Assembly (NCBI GenBank): GCA_964348545.1
Contig: CAYGDL010000001.1
Coordinates: 1 to 63,009, forward strand
Length of the DNA stretch: 63,009 bases
Source of the DNA: an uncultured Alphaproteobacteria bacterium
GTDB taxonomy: Bacteria > Pseudomonadota > Alphaproteobacteria > UBA11222
Direction of reading: 5' to 3'
In this document: one piece after another, positions 21,889 through 32,039 of the stretch
Numbering within the stretch: the first letter of the stretch is position 1
Layout of the letters: each line of letters opens with the position of its first letter
Made by a program: the position numbers and the translations under genes
Notes under the pieces: generated by a model
The model's database searches: none
What the model was told of the DNA's origin: nothing
What the model saw: the letters and a program-made list of their open reading frames with translations, nothing else

Positions 21889-22734
21889 TTACGTGCGTTC
21901 CCGGCGCGCCAGGAATGCCAGACGCTCAAACAGATGAACGTCCTGCTCATTTTTCAAAAGCGCGCCATGCAACGGGGGAATCAGCTTGTTGGGATCCCGC
22001 TCGCGCAGGGTTTCCGGAGAAATATCCTCAGCCAGTAGAAGCTTCAGCCAATCCAGGAGCTCGGAAGTCGAAGGCTTCTTTTTCAGCCCTGGCACTTCGC
22101 GAATTTCGTAGAAAACGCTCATGGCGTTGCTGACAAGTTCATTCTTGATATCGGGATAGTGCACCTGAACGATTTCCTCCATCGTGTCCTTTTCAGGGAA
22201 CTTGATGTAATGGAAGAAGCAGCGGCGCAGGAAGGCGTCCGGCAGTTCCTTTTCATTGTTCGAGGTAATGATCACGATCGGGCGATTATGGGCCTTGATG
22301 GTTTCCGACGTTTCGTAAACGAAGAATTCCATGCGATCCAGTTCCTGCAGCAGATCGTTCGGAAATTCGATATCCGCCTTGTCGATTTCGTCGATCAGCA
22401 GCACCGGTGAGCTGTCTTTTGTGAACGCTTCCCAGAGTTTGCCTTTTTTGATGTAGTTGCTGATATCCTTGACCCGCTCATCCCCGAGTTGCGAATCGCG
22501 CAACCGCGTCACAGCGTCATATTCGTATAGTCCCTGCTGCGCCTTGGTCGTGGATTTGATGTGCCATTCGATCAAGGGCTTGCTAAGTGCTTTGGCGACT
22601 TCATGCGCCAGCACGGTTTTACCGGTGCCCGGTTCACCTTTAATCAGCAATGGGCGTTGCAATGTGACAGCCGCATTAACGGCAATCATCAGATCCTCTG
22701 TAGCGATGTAGTTGGACGTGCCTTGGAATTTCAT
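21889..22734 (-). CDS. MoxR-like AAA+ ATPase (AAA_5 type)
   Basis: Walker A GEPGTGKT, Walker B LLIDEIDKA and a sensor region IVIITSNNEKELPDAFLRRC. The start is at ATG 22734 (MKFQGTSNY). Confidence 0.85.
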   Translation of the reverse strand: MKFQGTSNYIATEDLMIAVNAAVTLQRPLLIKGEPGTGKTVLAHEVAKALSKPLIEWHIKSTTKAQQGLYEYDAVTRLRDSQLGDERVKDISNYIKKGKLWEAFTKDSSPVLLIDEIDKADIEFPNDLLQELDRMEFFVYETSETIKAHNRPIVIITSNNEKELPDAFLRRCFFHYIKFPEKDTMEEIVQVHYPDIKNELVSNAMSVFYEIREVPGLKKKPSTSELLDWLKLLLAEDISPETLRERDPNKLIPPLHGALLKNEQDVHLFERLAFLARRERT

Positions 22735-22999
22735 GGTTTTGTCTTCTTTATAATGGTTGATTGCGTCAGAAACTAAGGCGGGTTGCCTCCGCAATCAAGG
22801 GAAAAAGCCGGGACCGGCCAGCCCGCCACCTGATTTGTGTTTCAGAAAGGAAATAAACCGCAAAAACCCCCCCGCGTAACGCCAGGGAACCACCATACAG
22901 ATAAGCATCCATAGCTATCTATTTGATAAAATTTGGGTATTATTTTCCATGGAAATAGATGCAGCCAATATTTGAGTGCGCGAATATTCAGCTTTGACT

Positions 23000-23479
23000 T
23001 TAGGCGATTTTCTTTTCCGCAAGCTGGATCAGTCCGCCGAGCAATTCGGCGACGGGGCCGCTGCTGGGGTCGCGCAGGTCGAGATTGACGATCGCGCGCA
23101 GGGCGTCGACATGGGCGTTCACCAGATCTTCGTGCAGTTCTCCCTTGTCGATGCTGTGTTCGATTGCTTTGCACAAAGTGTCGGCAACGACTGAGACCGA
23201 TGGAAATCCATAGGTATGTCCCAGCCCCTTCAAATCATGCGATGCGCGGTGCAAATCAGCGATTTTTATCTTACAGTGACGGTCATCCAAAAAGGCGTTA
23301 CGGGTGCGGCTAAGCTGCTCCAGATCGCGTTTAAGCCACTCACCCATTTCCGCAGCAAGTTCCTGTAGGGCGCTCTCAACAGTTTCCACCTGATCTTCGT
23401 TCAGGGGTTTCAGGGGGCCGCCAAGACGGTTTCGTAAGTCCAGTTTTGGCGGGATGATCTCCAATTTATTCTCAGGCAT
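23000..23479 (-). CDS. Stand-alone HPt (histidine phosphotransfer) domain protein
   Basis: HRASHDLKGLGHTYGF matches the HPt HxxKG phospho-His motif. The start is at ATG 23479 (MPENKLE). Confidence 0.65.
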   Translation of the reverse strand: MPENKLEIIPPKLDLRNRLGGPLKPLNEDQVETVESALQELAAEMGEWLKRDLEQLSRTRNAFLDDRHCKIKIADLHRASHDLKGLGHTYGFPSVSVVADTLCKAIEHSIDKGELHEDLVNAHVDALRAIVNLDLRDPSSGPVAELLGGLIQLAEKKIA

Positions 23480-23488
23480 ATGCCACCC

Positions 23489-23532
23489 TATATTAATAGT
23501 TGTATTATTTATATAGTACAACTATTAATATA
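23489..23532. promoter_or_regulatory. Perfect 16-bp inverted repeat (12-nt spacer) just upstream of the HPt gene; candidate operator
   Basis: TATATTAATAGTTGTA-N12-TACAACTATTAATATA, checked pair by pair. A TTAA-N7-TTAA at 23525-23539 overlaps the right arm. Confidence 0.5.
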
Positions 23533-23752
23533 TGTTTAAGGTCTGAAAGTTCAATAAATCACGATCATATGCCGTTGCTTGAAAATGGCGGTTCAATAAT
23601 TGCGAGGCGGGCATTATCACAGGCGCGTACTTTTAATCCAAATCCGCATCCATATATTTTTTGCGAAAATTATTTGCCGCTTGTATGACAATGATGACAT
23701 CGTAATATAAGACCTGTTCCGGAATTGACGCAGAAAGGCTCTAACAGCGCTT

Positions 23753-24115
23753 ATGAGTACCCGCTTGAAAATGACGCCACCCTCCATGACCAGGAATAGT
23801 GGTGTCGAAGGTGATGAGGACAGCCGCACCGGCGTGATCACCAGGACCAAACCAAAAACAAGGAAGCCTTCCTTGTATAAGGTGCTATTGTTGAATGATG
23901 ACTATACGCCGATGGAGTTTGTGGTGCATATTCTGGAACAGTTCTTCAACAAGGACCGTTCGGAGGCCATGAAGATCATGTTGCATGTGCATCAGCAGGG
24001 CGTTGGCGTCTGTGGCGTATTCACCTATGAAGTAGCTGAGACAAAAGTCACGCAAGTGATAGACTATTCAAGACAGAACCAGCACCCGTTACAGTGCACC
24101 ATGGAAAAGGAATAG
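23753..24115 (+). CDS. clpS: ATP-dependent Clp protease adaptor ClpS
   Basis: [25 protein letters not shown] core, located immediately upstream of clpA. Confidence 0.92.
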   Translation: MSTRLKMTPPSMTRNSGVEGDEDSRTGVITRTKPKTRKPSLYKVLLLNDDYTPMEFVVHILEQFFNKDRSEAMKIMLHVHQQGVGVCGVFTYEVAETKVTQVIDYSRQNQHPLQCTMEKE

Positions 24116-24121
24116 GTAGCC

Positions 24122-26497
24122 GTGCCTTCTTTATCCCGCAGTCTCGAAGAAAGTTTACATCGCGCCATCGCCAGCGCCACCTCGCGCAAGCACGAATTCG
24201 CCACGCTGGAGCATCTGCTTCTCTCCCTGCTTGATGACAAGGAAGCCAGCGCCGTCATGCGCGCCTGCGGCGTCAATCTTGATGTGATCAAGCAGAGCCT
24301 TGAAAACTATATCGACAATGAGCTGTCCTCGCTGATTGTCGATAATGGCGAGGAAGCAAAACCCACCGCAGGATTTCAGCGTGTCATTCAGCGCGCCGTC
24401 ATTCATGTGCAGTCTTCCGGGCGTGAAGAAGTGACCGGCGGCAACGTGCTGGTGGCTATTTTTGCGGAACGCGAAAGCCATGCGGCCTATTTCCTGCAGG
24501 AACAGGAAATGACCCGCTATGATGCGGTGAATTATATTTCGCATGGCATCGCAAAAGTTCCCGGCATGTCCGAAGGCAAGCCGGTAAAGGGTGCCAATGA
24601 ACAACAACAGCGCCAGGAAAAATCCAGCAAGCAGCAGGGCGGCGGTGATGCGCTTGCCGCCTATTGCGTCAATCTCAATGATCGCGCCAAAGAGGGGCGC
24701 ATTGACCCGCTGATCGGACGCGGGGCCGAGGTTGAACGCGCGATGCAGATTTTGTGCCGCAGAACGAAAAACAATCCGCTGCTGGTGGGCGATTCCGGAG
24801 TCGGAAAAACCGCAATTGCCGAAGGCCTGGCGCGCAAGATCGTGAACGGCGAAGTACCGGAAGTGCTGCTTGGCGCCACAATATTCTCGCTGGATATGGG
24901 GACACTGCTGGCGGGAACGCGCTATCGCGGTGATTTCGAAGAACGCATCAAGGCGGTGATGAAAGAGCTGGAAGATTATCCCGGCGCGATTCTTTTCATC
25001 GATGAAATTCATACGGTGATTGGCGCGGGCGCAACCAGCGGCGGGGCCATGGATGCCTCCAACCTGCTGAAGCCCGCGCTGCAAAGCGGTGCGCTGAAAT
25101 GCATGGGGTCGACCACTTATAAGGAATTTCGTCAGTTCTTTGAAAAAGACCGCGCCCTGCTGCGCCGGTTCCAGAAAATCGACGTGAATGAACCCACTGT
25201 GGAAGATGCGATCAAAATTCTCAACGGGCTGAAACCTTATTACGAGGAATATCACAAGGTTCGTTACACAGGTGACGCCATCAAGCTGGCGGTGGAACTG
25301 TCGGCGAAATATATTCATGACCGCAAGCTGCCGGACAAGGCCATTGACGTGATCGACGAAGTGGGCGCATCGCAGATGCTGTTGCCGCTCTCGAAGCGCA
25401 AAAAGATTGTCGGCGTCCACGAAGTCGAAACCGTCATCGCCAAGATGGCGCGCATACCGGCCAAGACGGTAACGCAGAGCGATAAGGAATCGCTTGCCGA
25501 TCTTGAGGCCGCCCTCAAGCGCGTGGTGTTCGGTCAGGACAAACCCATTGAGGCGCTGGCCGCATCTATCAAGCTATCGCGCGCGGGTCTGCGTGAACCC
25601 AACAAGCCAATTGGCAGCTATCTGTTCTCCGGCCCAACCGGCGTCGGCAAAACCGAGGTTGCACGGCAACTGGCCGAGATCATGGGCGTCGAGCTGCTGC
25701 GCTTCGACATGTCCGAATATATGGAGCGTCACACTGTATCACGCCTGATCGGCGCGCCTCCGGGCTATGTCGGTTTTGATCAGGGTGGGCTTTTGACTGA
25801 CGGCATTGATCAGCATCCGCATACGGTGCTGCTGCTCGATGAAATCGAAAAGGCGCATCCCGATCTGTTCAACATTCTGTTGCAGGTGATGGATCACGGC
25901 AAGCTGACCGACCATAACGGCAAGAAGGTCGATTTCCGTAATGTCATTTTGATCATGACAACCAATGCAGGCGCATCCGAAATGACCAAACAGTCAATCG
26001 GTTTTGGTCGCGGTACGAAGGAAGGCGAAGACGAAGAGGCGATCAAGAAATTGTTCACGCCTGAATTCCGCAACCGTCTGGATGCTGTGATCCCGTTCGA
26101 TCATCTTCCACCGGAAGTGATTTCGATGGTCGTTGAGAAATTCGTGCTCGAACTGGAAGCGCAACTCGAAGACCGCAACGTCTCCATTGAACTGTCGCCC
26201 GAATCCAATGACTGGATCGCCAAGCGCGGCTATGATCCGCAAATGGGCGCACGGCCGCTGTCGCGCATCATTCAGGAATATATCAAAAAGCCGCTGGCCG
26301 ACGAATTGCTGTTCGGTAGACTGGTCAAGGGCGGACTGGTGCGGCTGGGCGTTGAGAAAGACGCGGCGGGCGACAGCAAGCTGTCTTTTGAGTATTTTGA
26401 GCCGAAGGTAAAAAAACCCTCAAAGTCCAAATCGAAAGGCGACAAAACACCCCGGGGTGGAGGTAGCGTCCCACGGGTTCCGCTTCTGACCAATTGA
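24122..26497 (+). CDS. clpA: ATP-dependent Clp protease ATP-binding subunit ClpA
   Basis: 791-aa ORF with two AAA+ modules (GDSGVGKTA and GPTGVGKTE) and a Clp N-domain. GTG start. Confidence 0.95.
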   Translation: MPSLSRSLEESLHRAIASATSRKHEFATLEHLLLSLLDDKEASAVMRACGVNLDVIKQSLENYIDNELSSLIVDNGEEAKPTAGFQRVIQRAVIHVQSSGREEVTGGNVLVAIFAERESHAAYFLQEQEMTRYDAVNYISHGIAKVPGMSEGKPVKGANEQQQRQEKSSKQQGGGDALAAYCVNLNDRAKEGRIDPLIGRGAEVERAMQILCRRTKNNPLLVGDSGVGKTAIAEGLARKIVNGEVPEVLLGATIFSLDMGTLLAGTRYRGDFEERIKAVMKELEDYPGAILFIDEIHTVIGAGATSGGAMDASNLLKPALQSGALKCMGSTTYKEFRQFFEKDRALLRRFQKIDVNEPTVEDAIKILNGLKPYYEEYHKVRYTGDAIKLAVELSAKYIHDRKLPDKAIDVIDEVGASQMLLPLSKRKKIVGVHEVETVIAKMARIPAKTVTQSDKESLADLEAALKRVVFGQDKPIEALAASIKLSRAGLREPNKPIGSYLFSGPTGVGKTEVARQLAEIMGVELLRFDMSEYMERHTVSRLIGAPPGYVGFDQGGLLTDGIDQHPHTVLLLDEIEKAHPDLFNILLQVMDHGKLTDHNGKKVDFRNVILIMTTNAGASEMTKQSIGFGRGTKEGEDEEAIKKLFTPEFRNRLDAVIPFDHLPPEVISMVVEKFVLELEAQLEDRNVSIELSPESNDWIAKRGYDPQMGARPLSRIIQEYIKKPLADELLFGRLVKGGLVRLGVEKDAAGDSKLSFEYFEPKVKKPSKSKSKGDKTPRGGGSVPRVPLLTN

Positions 26498-26520
26498 CGC
26501 GGTTGTGAGGCGTTCAGGGA

Positions 26521-26973
26521 ATGGATATTTGGCGTCTGGGCTTTGCCCGTTTCGCATTGATTGCAGCCTTGCTTTTAGCGCTTCATGTGCTGTCCGCGCA
26601 GGCTGAGCCGCCCCTGCTCAGGGGCGACAATTATAATGCCGGTCAATTCAGCGCGCAGGGGCTGGAGCCTACAATCGGCGAAACCATCAAAATGCTGATT
26701 GGCCGCAATGTGGATGCGCATCCCGCCAAATCAGAACATGGCGCCGGATATGGCGCGGCAGAGGGACACACCGCGCTGCACAGCTATGATCAGGTTTCGT
26801 GCAGCAGTTTTTGCCGTACCGTCCCAGGCGGACTTGATCCAGAAAGCAACGAAGCCTTTGAGGCCTGCCTCGGCCCCTGCTTCAAATGCGCCCAAATCTC
26901 CATCCGTGCCCAGGCGGCGGCAGGCGCCACCGGCGCCGGACAACCGGCCTTCGACGCATGCTACGCGAAGTAG
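26521..26973 (+). CDS. Hypothetical secreted protein, Cys-rich C-terminal half
   Basis: Signal peptide FALIAALLLALHVLSAQA/EP, with 7 Cys in the last ~65 residues. I recognise no family. Confidence 0.5.
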   Translation: MDIWRLGFARFALIAALLLALHVLSAQAEPPLLRGDNYNAGQFSAQGLEPTIGETIKMLIGRNVDAHPAKSEHGAGYGAAEGHTALHSYDQVSCSSFCRTVPGGLDPESNEAFEACLGPCFKCAQISIRAQAAAGATGAGQPAFDACYAK

Positions 26974-26977
26974 TTAT

Positions 26978-27691
26978 CTACCGGTAATCAATCACCGCGC
27001 CCGTCGCGCCACATTCCGGAGATAAAAGCGGCAGCATTGCCTCGGCTATGGTTTCCGGCGTGGGCAAACTCATCGGGTCTTCGCCGGGCATGGCGGCGGC
27101 GCGCATTTCGGTGCGGGTGGCGCCGGGATTGAACAGGTTTACGCGCAGGGATGATTTGGCGTTTTCGGCCGCCCAGATTTTCACGAGGCTTTCGAGCGCC
27201 GCCTTGCTCATGGAATAACCACCCCAGAAAGGTTTTGCGCTGCGCGCCGCGCCGGAGCTTACAAATACGGCGCGTCCGCCGGTTTTTGATTCCTTTAACA
27301 GCGGCGCAAGGGCGCGGATCAACCGCCAGTTTGCAGTCAGATTGATATCCAGCAGTTCCTGAAATTTTTGCGGCGTAATATGCTCGACCGGCGTGATCGG
27401 TCCCAGAACCCCGGCATTGCCCACCAGAATATCCAGTGCGCCCCAACGCCCAAGGACCGATGCGCCAAGCCGGTCAAGGGCCGCATGGTCCTTCAAATCC
27501 AGCGGCACAAGCGTGGCGCCATCCTTTACCCCAAGCGCCTTGATAGCGTCATCCAATGATTCCAGTTCGGCCACAGTGCGCGCAACCGCAATCACATGCG
27601 CGCCCTCACGCGCCAGCATGATCGCTGTTGTGCGGCCAATGCCCCGCGAGGCCCCGGTGACTACCGCAATTTGTCCGGCAAGTCTTTTCAT
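26978..27691 (-). CDS. SDR family oxidoreductase
   Basis: TGASRGIG cofactor motif and catalytic YSMSK. The start is at ATG 27691 (MKRLAGQIAVV). Confidence 0.85.
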   Translation of the reverse strand: MKRLAGQIAVVTGASRGIGRTTAIMLAREGAHVIAVARTVAELESLDDAIKALGVKDGATLVPLDLKDHAALDRLGASVLGRWGALDILVGNAGVLGPITPVEHITPQKFQELLDINLTANWRLIRALAPLLKESKTGGRAVFVSSGAARSAKPFWGGYSMSKAALESLVKIWAAENAKSSLRVNLFNPGATRTEMRAAAMPGEDPMSLPTPETIAEAMLPLLSPECGATGAVIDYR

Positions 27692-27701
27692 ACCGTCCGT
27701 C

Positions 27702-29174
27702 CTAAGTGCTTTCGGCGAGCAGGGATAGCTGCCGCTCATCAGAGGGCGCTTCCTGGTCGGTCAATCGGGTGGGATATTCGCTGGTGAAACAGGCGTCGCA
27801 ATATTGCGGGCTGGCATTGTTGCGCCCTTCGTGTCCCATGGCGCGGTACAGACCATCGATGGAGATGAAGGCCAGACTGTCGGCGCCAATCACCTGACGC
27901 ATTTCCTCGACATTGCGATGATAGGCCAGCAGCTTGTCGCGCTCTGGCGTATCGACGCCGTAAAAACAGGAATGCGTTGTCGGCGGGCAGGCGATGCGCA
28001 TATGCACCTCGGTCGCGCCCGCATCGCGCATCATCTGCACGATTTTCATCGAGGTGGTGCCGCGCACAATGCTGTCATCCACGAGAACGATGCGCCTTCC
28101 CGCTACGCTCCAGCGATTGGCGTTATGCTTTAACTTGACGCCCAATTGGCGGATGCGCTGCGCCGGTTCGATGAAGGTGCGCCCGACATAATGATTGCGG
28201 ATAATGCCCAGTTCAAACGGAATTCCCGCAGCGGCGGAATATCCAATCGCCGCCGGTGTTCCAGAGTCCGGAATTGGCACCACCAGGTCCGCATTCACGG
28301 GCGCCTCGCGCGCCAGTTCTTCACCAATGCGGCGGCGCGATTCATAAACGCTTTTGCCCTCGGAAAGACTGTCCGGGCGGGAGAAATAAATATATTCGAA
28401 AACGCAGAACCGGTGCGGAACAGGCGGGAAGGGGAATACGGATTCAATCCCTTCCTCGGTGACAATCACCATTTCCCCTGGCTCAATATCGCGGACAAAT
28501 TTTGCGCCGATAATATCCAGTGCGCAGGTTTCAGACGCCAGCACATAACAACCGTCAAACTGTCCCAACACCAACGGACGCACACCCAGCGGATCGCGTA
28601 CACCGATCATTTTTTTGTTGGTCAACGTCACCAGCGAATAGGCCCCCTCGACCTGGCGCAGCGCATCGATCAGCCGGTCCACCAGCCGTATTTCCCGGCT
28701 GGTCGCCACCAGATGAACCAAGACTTCGGTATCCGATGTTGACTGGAAGATCGCACCATTGCTGACAAGCCGCCGACGCAGCATGGTGGCGTTGGTCAGA
28801 TTGCCATTATGCGCAACCGCCAAACCGCCCCCGGCAAGATCGGCAAACAGGGGCTGCACATTTCGCAAAATGGTGTCGCCGCTGGTGGAATAGCGATTAT
28901 GGCCAATCGCGGCATGACCACGCAGACGACTCATCACCGATTCCTGCGAAAAATTATCCCCCACCAGGCCCAGCCGCCGCTCCGAATTGAACCGCGCTCC
29001 ATCAAACGAAACAATGCCGGCTGCTTCCTGCCCACGATGCTGGAGCGCGTGCAGACCAAGGGCAACCAGTTCGGCGGCGTCTTCATGGCCAAATATGCCA
29101 AACACGCCACATTCCTCGTGCGGTTTGTCGTCGTCAAAGTCGAACGGATTGGACGTAAATGTTGAAGCGATCAT
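27702..29174 (-). CDS. purF: Amidophosphoribosyltransferase
   Basis: N-terminal nucleophile CGVFGIFGH, the PRPP loop VLVDDSIVRGTT, and C-terminal Cys ligands. Confidence 0.95.
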   Translation of the reverse strand: MIASTFTSNPFDFDDDKPHEECGVFGIFGHEDAAELVALGLHALQHRGQEAAGIVSFDGARFNSERRLGLVGDNFSQESVMSRLRGHAAIGHNRYSTSGDTILRNVQPLFADLAGGGLAVAHNGNLTNATMLRRRLVSNGAIFQSTSDTEVLVHLVATSREIRLVDRLIDALRQVEGAYSLVTLTNKKMIGVRDPLGVRPLVLGQFDGCYVLASETCALDIIGAKFVRDIEPGEMVIVTEEGIESVFPFPPVPHRFCVFEYIYFSRPDSLSEGKSVYESRRRIGEELAREAPVNADLVVPIPDSGTPAAIGYSAAAGIPFELGIIRNHYVGRTFIEPAQRIRQLGVKLKHNANRWSVAGRRIVLVDDSIVRGTTSMKIVQMMRDAGATEVHMRIACPPTTHSCFYGVDTPERDKLLAYHRNVEEMRQVIGADSLAFISIDGLYRAMGHEGRNNASPQYCDACFTSEYPTRLTDQEAPSDERQLSLLAEST

Positions 29175-29207
29175 GGCCTGACGCGGTCTCTCTTATACGG
29201 GTGAAAC

Positions 29208-29858
29208 TCAGGGGGACGCATCCTTGCCCTCAATTAACTGCTCAAGGGATTGCCGTTGCAGGGTCTTATACCCGGTTTCAGCAGGACTGTCAGGGCTATG
29301 TTTTGCACCTGGCTCTGTGGGGTTCAGCAGCTCAGTTTTCTGCATGCTTGCTGGCGCAACCCCCGGCTGAAGCGTCAAAAACAGATCAGATCCATATTTG
29401 ACCAGGGGCAGGGTCCGCGCTCCGGCCGCCCATTCCGGCGGCGTCGGCTCCATCGGGATCAACCATCCCAGTCCCAGGAACAGGATGGCGACCATCACGG
29501 CGCCTCGGCCAATTCCAAATATAAATCCGAGGGTTCGATCCAGCGCCCCAACCGACGACCGCTTGACCCGCTGCGAGATGCTGCTGCTCAATAGCCACAG
29601 GATAATCAGCGCAGGTATAAACAATCCCAGGACGCCCGCGCCATCGGCAAGCCAGCCTGGCGACACATAGGCATTGGCAACCGGCCGAACCAGTGGAAAC
29701 AGCACATAGGCCGCCGCCGCAGCCCCCGCCCAGGCCAACAGGGACAGAATTTCACGGGTAAATCCACGCATCAGCGCCAGCCCGCCCGAAAGCAGGATAA
29801 TCAGAATAACTGATGCATCAAAGGGGTTGATTGGCCAGCCGTCCATAAATCCATTCAA
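29208..29858 (-). CDS. cvpA: CvpA family membrane protein (colicin V production protein)
   Basis: Polytopic membrane protein in the conserved position upstream of purF. It overlaps the radA stop by 4 nt. Confidence 0.8.
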   Translation of the reverse strand: MNGFMDGWPINPFDASVILIILLSGGLALMRGFTREILSLLAWAGAAAAAYVLFPLVRPVANAYVSPGWLADGAGVLGLFIPALIILWLLSSSISQRVKRSSVGALDRTLGFIFGIGRGAVMVAILFLGLGWLIPMEPTPPEWAAGARTLPLVKYGSDLFLTLQPGVAPASMQKTELLNPTEPGAKHSPDSPAETGYKTLQRQSLEQLIEGKDASP

Positions 29859-31234
29859 CCGTTGCGCGATTCGGCCTGATCCTGAAAGTCCTCTACCAGT
29901 CGCGCCAACAGGGGTACTTCGTCAAGGCTAATTGCAGCGGGTTTGACAGTTATTCCGGTGGGTGTCATCGCGCGGGTAAAGCCCAGTTTGGCGGCCTCCT
30001 TTAGCCGCGCTTCAGACTGGTTTACAGGGCGGATTTCGCCTGACAGGCTGATCTCTCCAAAAACCACCGAATTGGCCCGCACCGGTATGCCGGTAAACGA
30101 GGATATAAGGGCCGTCGCCACCGCCAGATCGGCCGCAGGTTCGCTAATGCGCAATCCACCTGCAACATTCAGATAGACATCGCTGGCGCCCAGGGCAAGC
30201 CCACAGCGCGCGTCCAGCACTGCCAGCACCATTGCCAGCCGACCGCTGTCCCAGCCCACCACAGCGCGCCGTGGCGTACCCAGACTGGAGGGGGCAACCA
30301 GCGCCTGAATTTCGACCAGCACGGGACGGGTGCCTTCTATGCCTGCAAATACGGCGGAACCCGACACATCTTCCTGGCGACCCGCAAGAAACAGCGCAGA
30401 TGGATTTTCTACCTGCTGCAATCCAGCGCCGGTCATCTCGAACACGCCAATTTCATCGGTCGGACCGAAACGATTTTTCACGCCACGCAGGATACGGAAT
30501 TGATGCCCACGATCACCCTCGAAATACAGCACTGTATCCACCATATGCTCGATCACCCGTGGGCCAGCGATCTGGCCATCCTTGGTGACGTGGCCAACCA
30601 TAATGACGGCGCAGCCCGTGCGTTTGGCGGCCCGGACAAGCTCCTGCGTACTGGCGCGCAATTGTGTAACTGTGCCGGGGGCCGCATCAATCGCATCTGT
30701 CATCACGGTCTGGATGGAATCGACGATAATGACGGCGGGGGCCTTTGCTTCTCCCCCCTCCAGCGTCGCCAGGATATTGCTCAGGCGGGTTTCAACTCCC
30801 AGTTCAACCGGCGCGTCGCTCAACTCCATGCGCCGGGCACGCAGGCGGATTTGCGCAGCCGATTCTTCACCAGAAATATAAACTGCACGACAGCCGCGCC
30901 GCGCGAGTGCTGCAACTACCTGCAACAATAAAGTGGATTTACCGATGCCCGGATCACCGCCCACCAGCAGGGCGGAGCCGGGTACAATTCCGCCACCGCA
31001 AACGCGGTCAAACTCTCCAATCCCGGACTGTATGCGTGGCGCGTCGGGTTCATCGCCCGATAGTGGCATCAGCTTTACGCGTCGCCCGCGCCTGTTTTCC
31101 AAAACCGGGGGGATGCCGCTGGATGCTTCTTCGGAAATACTGTTCCAGGCGTTACAGGCCTCGCAACGCCCGGACCATTTGCTGCTGACAGCGCCGCAGG
31201 ACTGACAGACAAAATTTTGCGTGGCGCGGGCCAT
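29855..31234 (-). CDS. radA: DNA repair protein RadA/Sms
   Basis: Zinc finger CQSCGAVSSKWSGRCEACNAW, Walker A GDPGIGKST, the KNRFG motif and a Lon-like C-terminal domain. Confidence 0.95.
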   Translation of the reverse strand: MARATQNFVCQSCGAVSSKWSGRCEACNAWNSISEEASSGIPPVLENRRGRRVKLMPLSGDEPDAPRIQSGIGEFDRVCGGGIVPGSALLVGGDPGIGKSTLLLQVVAALARRGCRAVYISGEESAAQIRLRARRMELSDAPVELGVETRLSNILATLEGGEAKAPAVIIVDSIQTVMTDAIDAAPGTVTQLRASTQELVRAAKRTGCAVIMVGHVTKDGQIAGPRVIEHMVDTVLYFEGDRGHQFRILRGVKNRFGPTDEIGVFEMTGAGLQQVENPSALFLAGRQEDVSGSAVFAGIEGTRPVLVEIQALVAPSSLGTPRRAVVGWDSGRLAMVLAVLDARCGLALGASDVYLNVAGGLRISEPAADLAVATALISSFTGIPVRANSVVFGEISLSGEIRPVNQSEARLKEAAKLGFTRAMTPTGITVKPAAISLDEVPLLARLVEDFQDQAESRNG

Positions 31235-31252
31235 TAGCGGTTGTGTCCCATA

Positions 31253-32038
31253 CTATGCACGAAGCACATCCAGCGCGATGGGGCCGTCAGATTTCGCACG
31301 AATAAACTGCTCGACATGCGGCTCTTTGCAATCATCAATGCTGTCGGCCGGTCCACACCAGATGATTTTGCCCTGATAGATCATCGCAATGGTATCGGCA
31401 ATGCGCCGGGCACTTTTCATATCATGGGTAATGGTCAAGGCGGTCGCCCCCAGATCCCGCACCCGTTCAATAATCAATTCATTGATAATGCCGGACATGA
31501 TCGGGTCAAGACCGGTGGTCGGTTCATCAAAAAACAGAATATCCGGCTCAGGGGCAATCGCACGAGCAAGACCCACGCGCTTTTGCATACCGCCGGATAA
31601 TTCAGCGGGATTAACATTGGCCAGTTCCGCTTCAAGCCCGACCTTCGCCATGGCGATCAGGGCTTTTTCGCGCGCCAGTTTAGCCGGCATGCCATGCGCC
31701 TGAATCAGTCCAAATGCGACATTCTCCCACACGGTCAGGGAATCAAATAACGCGGCCCCCTGAAACAGCATGCCAACTCTGGCTAATATCTTTTCGCGCG
31801 CGCCCCCCGACATGCCAGCAACCTCAGAACCGTCAATCCGTATGCTGCCTGCGTCGGGTTTAATCAATCCAAGAATACATTTCAGCGTCACCGATTTACC
31901 CGACCCGGATCCCCCGATAATCACCAGGGATTTACCCCGCCCGATTTCCAGATCAATGCCCGCCAGCACCTGATTGGCGCCAAATCGCTTATGCAGTCCA
32001 CGGACGCTGATTATGGGTGTGTCAGGATTCTGGGCCAT
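31253..32038 (-). CDS. ABC transporter ATP-binding protein, MlaF-like
   Basis: Walker A GGSGSGKS, signature LSGGMQKRVGLARA and Walker B ILFFDEPTTGLD. Confidence 0.88.
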   Translation of the reverse strand: MAQNPDTPIISVRGLHKRFGANQVLAGIDLEIGRGKSLVIIGGSGSGKSVTLKCILGLIKPDAGSIRIDGSEVAGMSGGAREKILARVGMLFQGAALFDSLTVWENVAFGLIQAHGMPAKLAREKALIAMAKVGLEAELANVNPAELSGGMQKRVGLARAIAPEPDILFFDEPTTGLDPIMSGIINELIIERVRDLGATALTITHDMKSARRIADTIAMIYQGKIIWCGPADSIDDCKEPHVEQFIRAKSDGPIALDVLRA

Positions 32039-32039
32039 A

